Shown: positions 17,901 to 23,912 of the stretch, one piece after another
How positions within the stretch are numbered: the first letter of the stretch is position 1
Layout of the letters: every line of letters starts with the position of its first letter
From: Pseudomonadota bacterium
GTDB taxonomy: Bacteria > UBA10199 > 2-02-FULL-44-16 > JAAZCA01
Direction: 5' to 3'
Assembly (NCBI GenBank): GCA_043798915.1
Contig: JAZDOG010000059.1
Span: 1 to 24,581, forward strand
DNA: 24,581 nucleotides
Notes under the pieces: generated by a model
Told to the model about the DNA's origin: nothing
The model's input: only the letters and a program-made list of their open reading frames with translations
Database searches by the model: none
Program-made: the position numbers and the translations under genes

Positions 17901-19737
17901 TGCCGGATGTTTTGGTTGCGCCCGGCTGACACTCGCAGCCCGCTTTGGTTTCGTATTTCTGATTGCATTCTCCGGTTTGGCATTTGGCTACGGTGCAGAG
18001 AATGCCGTCGGTTTCTGCGCAGGCCTTTCCGTCGGTAGCGCTGTGCAGTACCGGTCCCCATGTTCCATCCCTGTCGCAGGTCTGCATGCCCAGGCAGGGC
18101 TCGGTGCCCGTCGTTTGGGTTGTGCCAGGCTGACACACACAACCCGTTTTGGTATCGTAATCCTGCCTGCACGCTCCAGCGGAACATTTGGCCACGGTGC
18201 AGAAAATGCCGTCGCTTTCTGTGCAGGCCGTGCCATCCGCCTGTGGTTTAGCTACACATGCGAGCGCGCCGTCTTTGCATTGCAAGGCGTTGGTGGTGCA
18301 TGGATCGGCTGCTATGGCTGTCGTGGATATCCCTGTAACGGGATAGCAGATATCGCCCTCGGCGCCGCTGAGGAGCCCGCATCCGCCGCAGGCGTTTTGT
18401 TTCCCATCGGAACCTGGGACCGGATCATAGACGCAAGTAGAGGGGGCAGCTGCCCTGGCGGTAAGAGTCATGGCGGCCGGAACACACCTGCCCGGCTGCG
18501 TGCACGGGTTATTGTCGTCGGGGCATGTCATCGGTGCGCCTGTGCAGGTCCCATCCCGACAGGTATCGGGTGCCGTGCAGGCGTCGCTGTCGTCGCACCA
18601 TGTGCCGCTCAGAGGAATACTGGCGCAGTTTCCGGAAACGCATTTTGCTTCATGGCAGTTGTCTGACGGTGTGCCGCAGTTTATGGGAGTTCCCCCGGCG
18701 CAGGTTCCATCCGGCCGACACGAACCCGAGCGCGGCTCCATGCATGTATCGGCGAGCGTGCAGGGACCTCCGACGTCGACTTCGCAGGGACCCAACTTCC
18801 CAAGGTAATTGCACATCTGAGTTCCGTAGCAGCCGTCCGGGGAACTGCACGCTAGTGTTGTGCCCGGGGTGCATTCACACGTGCTGTTGCGCTGATTGAT
18901 GCAATAGCCGGTTCCCGAGCAGATATCGTCTGTGCAAGGGTCGCCGTCATCGGTGCAGAATTCACCGAGCGGCTTATTCTGAGGGCTCGAGCACCCGGTT
19001 GTTGGATCGCAAGTGCCGGGGAGCTGGCACTCGGTACGCGTGGGGCAGTCGAGGGCAACTCCTCCGGCGCAGGTTCCATTCTGACAGCTCTCGTCCCTCG
19101 TACAGGCATTTCCATCGTTGCACGGCGTGTTATTCTCCTTTGGAGTGCTGGCGCACTCCCCAGTCGCTCTATTGCAGGCTGCGGTCTGACATTGGTCGAG
19201 GGATAAACATAATTTGGATTGTGTCGTTGCGCATGCCCCGCCCTGGCACTGACCCGCCGCTGCGCATGGATTGTCAGTGGGGGTGCATGAGACACCGCCG
19301 ATCACCGCATCATGCTTGCAGGTAAAGAGGGAGGTGCCATCGGTCGGCGAGCCCGGAACACACGTGTCCGTCGTGCACGCGTTTCCGTCGTCGCAGCTGA
19401 CCGGCCTGCTGTAGCAATGTCCCGCTTCGCATTGGCCTGTTGAGCACACACTTCCAGTATCGCAGGATCCTCTGTCCGTAGCTGAATAATTGCAGTTTCC
19501 ACCGATATTGGATTCGCCTTCGGCATAGACCCACGCATTATTCCGGCACACCTGATTTTTTGAGCCGGGACACGATTTCTTTTCCATGTCTGTGATCGAC
19601 GCGTAGCAGTCAACCTGCCTTGTCGCCTCTTCAGCGCATACGCGCGTAGTGAGCTGGCCCGACGCATCATGATCGATGATGAGCATGGGCGGGATCGAGA
19701 GGAGCAGGATGACGACAATCCTTATGACAGGTTTCAT
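14956..19737 (-). CDS. Giant Cys-rich surface protein B (1593 aa) with MYXO-CTERM/GlyGly-CTERM-like C-terminal sorting signal
   Basis: Sec signal MKPVIRIVVILLLSIPPMLIIDHDASG (ATG 19737); CDDGNACTTDTC-type repeats; 11 x 68-aa array; C-terminus GGGGKGCS + hydrophobic helix LAAGALSLAFMSFFIGITTCALSL + TRIRSNRRK. Confidence 0.87.
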   Translation of the reverse strand: MKPVIRIVVILLLSIPPMLIIDHDASGQLTTRVCAEEATRQVDCYASITDMEKKSCPGSKNQVCRNNAWVYAEGESNIGGNCNYSATDRGSCDTGSVCSTGQCEAGHCYSRPVSCDDGNACTTDTCVPGSPTDGTSLFTCKHDAVIGGVSCTPTDNPCAAAGQCQGGACATTQSKLCLSLDQCQTAACNRATGECASTPKENNTPCNDGNACTRDESCQNGTCAGGVALDCPTRTECQLPGTCDPTTGCSSPQNKPLGEFCTDDGDPCTDDICSGTGYCINQRNSTCECTPGTTLACSSPDGCYGTQMCNYLGKLGPCEVDVGGPCTLADTCMEPRSGSCRPDGTCAGGTPINCGTPSDNCHEAKCVSGNCASIPLSGTWCDDSDACTAPDTCRDGTCTGAPMTCPDDNNPCTQPGRCVPAAMTLTARAAAPSTCVYDPVPGSDGKQNACGGCGLLSGAEGDICYPVTGISTTAIAADPCTTNALQCKDGALACVAKPQADGTACTESDGIFCTVAKCSAGACRQDYDTKTGCVCQPGTTQTTGTEPCLGMQTCDRDGTWGPVLHSATDGKACAETDGILCTVAKCQTGECNQKYETKAGCECQPGATKTSGIDPCLGMQTCGTDGKWGPILYTSTDGAACTDSDGKFCSAAKCQSGECKQDYDTRAGCVCQPGAAKTSDTEPCLGMQTCGSDGTWGPILHSATDGKTCTETDSDFCTVAKCQTGGCYQKYETKAGCVCQPGTTNTSGIDPCLGTQTCDAYGKWGPVVYSSTDGTACTDDDGNFCTAAKCQTGECKQDYDTKAGCECQPRETKTTGAEPCLGTQTCGTDGKWGPILYSTTDGRSCTDSDSNFCTVAKCSSGECRQDYETKAGCECQPLETKTTGTGPCLGTQTCSAEGKWGSILYSSTDGAACTDSDGNFCTSAKCSAGACRQDYETKAGCECQPRETRTKGTEPCLGTQTCNADGKWGSILYSSTDGRSCIDSDGDICTVARCSSGACRQDYETKEGCVCQPGAAKTTGSGPCLGTQACGTDSKWGPIQYGSTDGTACTDSDGKFCTEAKCSAGACRQDYVITAGCECQPRETRITGTEPCLGTQTCGTDGRWGPILHSSTDGKICIDSDGDVCTVAKCSSGSCKQDNETKPGCVCQPGATTTTGTGPCLGTQTCSADGKWGSILHSSTDGKTCTDSDGNFCTVAKCASGTCRQDSETKDGCVCQPDETRVTGTAPCLSTQTCSADGKWATTRAAAKDCVAPIIPATLPESQPPDVMKTEFVPLSPIVQSYCDGCSDAIAAKNKTVHDKLGIDPIAECETSRMIYVVAFPTGNAADANAADAGKAASFAGANPGWMLSQESGRILKNGKDSTWTGISESTILLQNLSSAQGASGKSMSLTGLTDGQVEGDPAGRLTLNGVVTHDFTSMPIETKSLSIPLAGKNADIALMPALSEGQTAQQTSWHIHTVSIVFPCAETMGDQDSAHFIENLTYDADGLVSMILTSPELIDTEAARVWTPIDTYRFTIAEEGATKDNPYTAATLRANVEPSGSFAQGGGGKGCSIVMDNQELAAGALSLAFMSFFIGITTCALSLTRIRSNRRK
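16018..18237 (-). repeat. Intragenic tandem array, 204-bp (68-aa, 8-Cys) unit, 11 copies (last one truncated)
   Basis: Consensus DGxxCTDSDGxFCTVAKCSxGxCRQDYETKAGCxCQPxxTKTTGTEPCLGTQTCxxDGKWGPILYSST; unit 1 starts at 18237, unit 2 at 18033 and unit 11 at 16197 (exact 204-bp period). Confidence 0.96.
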
Positions 19738-19765
19738 AAAGTACCCCCGTTCACTTATGATTTTC

Positions 19766-19782
19766 TGCAATATATGTGCCAG
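19766..19782 (-). promoter_or_regulatory. Sigma54 (-24/-12) promoter of protein B
   Basis: Minus strand CTGGCAC-ATATA-TTGCA matches the TGGCAC-N5-TTGC(A/T) consensus and ends 28 nt upstream of ATG 19737. Confidence 0.8.
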
Positions 19783-19805
19783 GAATCGGGAGAAGATGGG
19801 CTTGT

Positions 19806-19830
19806 CAGCTAGTTGATATTTAAGGAGTTA
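19806..19830. promoter_or_regulatory. IHF-like binding site(s) upstream of the sigma54 promoter
   Basis: CAGCTAGTTGATATTTAAGGAGTTA; the minus strand reads TATCAACTAGCTG, one mismatch from WATCAANNNNTTR, positioned between the promoter and a candidate enhancer. Confidence 0.5.
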
Positions 19831-19946
19831 TTTGAGGGGGATGCGCAACAAGGACCGCTTCGGACTTTCATTTTGATAAAACGTCAAAAAACCGTCATCA
19901 AATTGATAAAACAGGGAACGTCAGATTTCATCGCGAGGGCTTCACG

Positions 19947-20681
19947 TCACTGAGCTTCTGATCCTCCCACGGGCATCAGGGTGGGGATTGTGTCGCCGAG
20001 CAGATCCATGAATTTATCGAATCCAACTGGTTTGGGCATCCGGCAGGAGACCTTCGATACCCCGGCCTCGTGAGCAGCGGCAATCGCCTTTTTGTCGGTG
20101 CACAGCGGCAATCCCGCGGCGTCAGATTTTTCTGAGGCCTCGGAGGAAGAGCTGGCCAGCAGCCCGGCTGAGATCACGAGGGTTGCTGCCGCGACTTTGC
20201 CCGGTATTCCGGCGCGGCTCAGGAGATTTGCCCCTCCCTTCGCCGCCCACCTCAAAAAATGGCTCGGGCCAAAAACCACTTCAAGGCCGGCGTAGCCGAG
20301 AAGCCCTCCGCCGATGTACTTGGATGTCCACCGCAGCCGGCTTTCCCTTGCATAATCATTCACTATTTCATACAACGCGTTGCACTTCTTTTTCCCTTCT
20401 GGGTCCGTGAGGACTTCCTTGCTGCAGCTTTCCTTGATCGCGTCCGCGCGCTTCCTGTTTTCGATCTCCCCCAAGCTCTTGACGCATATCCAGCCCGGCA
20501 CATCGCTCATGTGCAGGAGATTGCCGTTGCTTCCATAGTATTTGTCCTGCAGCGCGGCTACGTCCTCATACGTGAAGGGCGCGTCTTTCGCAGAGACATA
20601 GTGCGTATTTGCGAGTTGGAAGGAGCAGGGACGCGTGTCCTTCATGAGCTGTTCCCTGCGCATTTCAGTCAGTTCAACCAT
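19947..20681 (-). CDS. Hypothetical protein (244 aa) with two Gly/Ala-rich hydrophobic segments and no N-terminal signal peptide
   Basis: GAGGAGG SD 7 nt before ATG 20681; segments YIGGGLLGYAGLEVVFG and IPGKVAAATLVISAGLLA; six Cys. Confidence 0.75.
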   Translation of the reverse strand: MVELTEMRREQLMKDTRPCSFQLANTHYVSAKDAPFTYEDVAALQDKYYGSNGNLLHMSDVPGWICVKSLGEIENRKRADAIKESCSKEVLTDPEGKKKCNALYEIVNDYARESRLRWTSKYIGGGLLGYAGLEVVFGPSHFLRWAAKGGANLLSRAGIPGKVAAATLVISAGLLASSSSEASEKSDAAGLPLCTDKKAIAAAHEAGVSKVSCRMPKPVGFDKFMDLLGDTIPTLMPVGGSEAQ

Positions 20682-20751
20682 GATGAGTCCTCCTCAATTG
20701 AATTCGAGAGAGCCCCGGACCTTTTCCGGACTTCTTCGGCCTCCAAAGAGA

Positions 20752-20778
20752 GTATCGACAATTTTTTCAAAAAGTTGC
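20752..20778 (-). promoter_or_regulatory. Sigma28(FliA)-like promoter for the 244-aa gene
   Basis: Minus strand GCAACTTT-N11-GTCGATAC versus consensus TAAAGTTT-N11-GCCGATAA. Confidence 0.5.
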
Positions 20779-20882
20779 TATGAAAATGAAAATTCGTGTC
20801 TATGCAACATATTGATGGATAAGGCTTTTTTAAGCAACAATCGAGCTGCGGCCGCTGCCGATCCCGAATTTCAAAAAAAGAC

Positions 20883-20909
20883 GCAACATTTTCAATTTAT
20901 CGCCGAAGA
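20883..20909 (+). promoter_or_regulatory. Sigma28(FliA)-like promoter for the coiled-coil gene(s)
   Basis: GCAACATT-N11-GCCGAAGA; same -35 start (GCAAC) and same spacing as the divergent motif at 20752-20778. Confidence 0.5.
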
Positions 20910-21051
20910 ATAGACTGAGGAAAGGCGGGGCCCGGTCTCAATCTTTGTTTTTATTGTTTTTTTAAATCGTTTCTGTATAAGCGGCACAACACGAAGACGC
21001 AGGTCGAGACCGAACCCCTGTTGTTTTCCCATAGATAACCAGGAGCGCTTC

Positions 21052-22401
21052 ATGGCTGGTGTGCCGCCCAAAGTTGGTGGAGTTGTACAAGACGGTGTTT
21101 TCCATCCTGTCGGGGTTTTCGCTCCTGCCCAGGGGCCGTCGGGGGACAGCGTGCCAGGTGGCCAGGCCAGGCCCGCTACAAGCAGTGCGGAAGCGAGGGC
21201 TGCCTACGAAGGGCTGCGGGCGATGACGGGCCCTTCCGGGATGCGCCGGCCGGATGCTGATGCGATTGCGAGAGGGATGCTGCAGAGGAGGGAAGAATCC
21301 CGAATAAGCGAGGCAATGGAGAGGGAGGCTTCAAATCGGGTCGAAAGTGCCGCGCAAGCCGCATATGAGGCGGGGCGGAGAGAGAGGGGAGCAAAAAGCG
21401 AAATCGGGTCTTTGGAAGGAAGGCTGCGGGCCATTGGGCTTAATGCAGCAGCGGCGCAGAGGAGGTTCGAAGCTGCGAGAGCCAAGCTCCAGGAGATGTT
21501 GAGTTATGCCGAGCGGGCCGAATCGTCACAAAGGGTCGCTGGAGAGGCTTTGCGATCGGCTGAAAAAGAGATGCGCAGTATCAGGTTGGCGCTGGCCTTT
21601 CAAAAAAACGTTAAATTCAGGATGCGGGAAGAAAGTTTTTTAATGAAAAGGCCCCGGGCTGCATATGAAAGAGCTGACGGGGTATTTCAATCAGCGGGAT
21701 TTGTTCTTGCCAGGGCACAAAGGTCGATGCGTTCGGCAGAAGAGATGGTGCGGGCCCGCGAAACTCGGCTGGGAGAACTTCGACAGATGGAGGACTCTCT
21801 GCAGGGGGAATTGACGAGTGCCATGGCGAGGCTTGATGAGGCAGAAGAGGCCTCCTCGAGTGCCAAAAAGGAATTGAACGAAGCAAGGGCGAGACTCCGG
21901 ACCATCAGTTTGATCAACGCGGAGACGTCGAGGATCAGGGCGCTGGGCGATATACGGGCAGGAGTGCTGAGGGGGAGTGCCGCATTCGGCAAAATGCCGG
22001 ATGGAGTTTCCGACCGTGCGTCAGAAGATACGCCTGGAGAGGTTGCAATCATCGGCGCTTTGCACCTGAAGGATGTCCTGATGCGGCTCGAGCAAAGGGA
22101 CGCCGGGGTCCGCGCTATGCTGGCCGGTTTGGGCGAGGGAGAGAGGACAGCATTTCTGGACGAGCTGCTGCGGGCCTTGCCGGCAAATGACAGACAGGCG
22201 ATCCTGGAGGGAAGGACCGGCGAGACTGAACTCGGAAATTTATTGAAGGGGACGCTGAGCTTGCTTTCGGAAGACCGGTTGTCTGCCGAGGGCAGGAGAG
22301 GCGAAGGCCGCGAAGAGCGCCGCGAGGGCGCAGAGGACAGAGAGCAAAGAAAAGCCGAACCCAAGCCGACCGGCTCCCTCTTTGAGGGAGCGAAGAAATA
22401 A
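21052..22401 (+). CDS. Hypothetical coiled-coil protein (449 aa), paralogue 1
   Basis: AGGAG SD 6 nt before the ATG; Pro/Gly-rich N-terminus; long A/E/R/L-rich helical middle; C-terminal ~110 aa alignable to the next gene. Confidence 0.8.
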   Translation: MAGVPPKVGGVVQDGVFHPVGVFAPAQGPSGDSVPGGQARPATSSAEARAAYEGLRAMTGPSGMRRPDADAIARGMLQRREESRISEAMEREASNRVESAAQAAYEAGRRERGAKSEIGSLEGRLRAIGLNAAAAQRRFEAARAKLQEMLSYAERAESSQRVAGEALRSAEKEMRSIRLALAFQKNVKFRMREESFLMKRPRAAYERADGVFQSAGFVLARAQRSMRSAEEMVRARETRLGELRQMEDSLQGELTSAMARLDEAEEASSSAKKELNEARARLRTISLINAETSRIRALGDIRAGVLRGSAAFGKMPDGVSDRASEDTPGEVAIIGALHLKDVLMRLEQRDAGVRAMLAGLGEGERTAFLDELLRALPANDRQAILEGRTGETELGNLLKGTLSLLSEDRLSAEGRRGEGREERREGAEDREQRKAEPKPTGSLFEGAKK

Positions 22402-22500
22402 CCATCCTCTGATCAATCGACAGAGCGAAACAAAATCCTGCGTCATAATGATGCAGCACAATAGCCGCCTGCAACACAGGCGAAGAAGGAGAGATTGAAT

Positions 22501-23862
22501 ATGGTGTTCGACCCCGTTGTTCAAATCAGTAGTGCAGCAAATGGCGCGGTATGCAAAGCCCCGAGCCAGGCTGTTTTTTCGTCCGAAGCAGAGGACGGCG
22601 AAGTTCAGGAAAGTCTCTATTCGAGCGCCGATCCGGCGGCCCGGCTGGGTTCCCTTGTCTGCGGCGGGCAAGGCGCAGGCGCTGCGCCCAATTCTCGGAA
22701 ACCGGATGTGATATCTGCTATGGGGGCCATATTCACGCCTTTGGCCGCATTGCTGAAACTCATCACAGGCAAAGGCGCGAACGCGGAGGCAAACGCCGTT
22801 GCCGAAGACGCGCCGATATCGGTCCGGATAGAACGGGAGCTGGATGCGTTCCGCGGCAAGATAGAAGTTTACCAGGGCGCAAGGGAGAGATTGGCAGAGG
22901 CCAAATGGTCGAAATCTGAAGCCGTGAAAAGGCTGAAATCGGCCACAAACTACCAGCTTCAACTCAACCAGAAGGGGGTTTTTGGAACGGACCCTGTAAA
23001 GCAGGCGGCGGACGAAGAACTTATCAGCGCGGATGAGTCCGCGCGGCTTGCATCCTCAAAGGTTGAAACTGCACGGCAGGAAGCGGCCGCGGCAAAGGAG
23101 GATATGGATCTGCATGAAGAAAGATTGCGGGAGTTTGCACAATCTGCATCTTCGGAAGGGGACGGGCAAATTGAAAAACTGAGGGGGGTTCTGCTCGAGA
23201 GGGAGTCCGCCCGCAGCGCCAGGCTTGCGCTGTACCGGGCCTCTGTCATACAGAGGCTGGCCGTCGATCAGGTGCCCGACTCGCTCCGCTCGTCCACAGC
23301 CACCCATGTTTACAAGATGGCCATCATAGGATGGCTCGTGGAAAGCGATGGCAGGGTTCGAGAGATCCTGTCTGAGTTCAAAGACGATGCCGCGAGATTT
23401 GATTTTGCCGATGGCGCATGGAATAAATTGTCCGAGCAAGAGCGGTGGGCGATCCTGGACGGCAAAGATCCGAGCTTGTTCGTGATGCAGATGAGGCTGG
23501 CGTTTGCAAGACGGTTCAATTGCCCTAAAAATCTGGAGGCTGCCCTCGGGCGGTTCGAGAAGACGGCCGTGGGCGGCGATCTCATGGCCGGTTTGGGCAG
23601 TGAAGAAAGGGCGGCGTTTTTGAATGAAATATGGCGCGGCTTTCCGGTGGAGCAGCAGACATCGATACGAAAGGGCTGGGTCGATGTTGACGTGCTCGAT
23701 CGGTGGGTGAAGGATGCGATATATTCTTCTCTGGAAGGAGGTCATCTGACAGCTGAATTCGGCCGGGCCGAAAGGCGCGAAGGCGAAGAATACAGAGAAG
23801 GCAGAGAAGGCAGGGGCAAAGCAATGGAGCCCGGACGAGGATTGGTCGAGGGCGTGAAATAG
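22501..23862 (+). CDS. Hypothetical coiled-coil protein (453 aa), paralogue 2
   Basis: AAGGAG (22486-22491) 9 nt before ATG 22501; Ser/Ala-rich N-terminus; amphipathic VISAMGAIFTPLAALLKLITG; coiled coil; two copies of the shared helical domain. Confidence 0.8.
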   Translation: MVFDPVVQISSAANGAVCKAPSQAVFSSEAEDGEVQESLYSSADPAARLGSLVCGGQGAGAAPNSRKPDVISAMGAIFTPLAALLKLITGKGANAEANAVAEDAPISVRIERELDAFRGKIEVYQGARERLAEAKWSKSEAVKRLKSATNYQLQLNQKGVFGTDPVKQAADEELISADESARLASSKVETARQEAAAAKEDMDLHEERLREFAQSASSEGDGQIEKLRGVLLERESARSARLALYRASVIQRLAVDQVPDSLRSSTATHVYKMAIIGWLVESDGRVREILSEFKDDAARFDFADGAWNKLSEQERWAILDGKDPSLFVMQMRLAFARRFNCPKNLEAALGRFEKTAVGGDLMAGLGSEERAAFLNEIWRGFPVEQQTSIRKGWVDVDVLDRWVKDAIYSSLEGGHLTAEFGRAERREGEEYREGREGRGKAMEPGRGLVEGVK

Positions 23863-23912
23863 CAGTCTAATAGCTTGCGAAAAATTGCGGATGGCGTAAA
23901 AATAGCCGCAGG

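Noticed and set aside
16018..18237. Regularly spaced repeats as a possible CRISPR array
   Set aside because: Units are 204 bp, in frame, contiguous and protein-coding, with no unique spacers and no cas genes. The same applies to the 117-bp array.
10693..19737. Multiheme cytochrome or Fe-S protein interpretation of the many CxxC motifs (prompted by nearby hemC/hemD)
   Set aside because: I found no CxxCH motifs; the Sec signals and Cys spacing fit disulfide-rich extracellular repeats.
14574..19770. TTG starts at 14574 and 19770 given by the ORF track
   Set aside because: Those TTGs are the -12 TTGC of the (degenerate or intact) sigma54 boxes; the signal peptides begin at ATG 14526 and 19737.
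21052..23862. SMC/chromosome-segregation or chemoreceptor annotation for the coiled-coil proteins
   Set aside because: No Walker A/B, hinge or MCP signalling hairpin motifs; the resemblance is only compositional.
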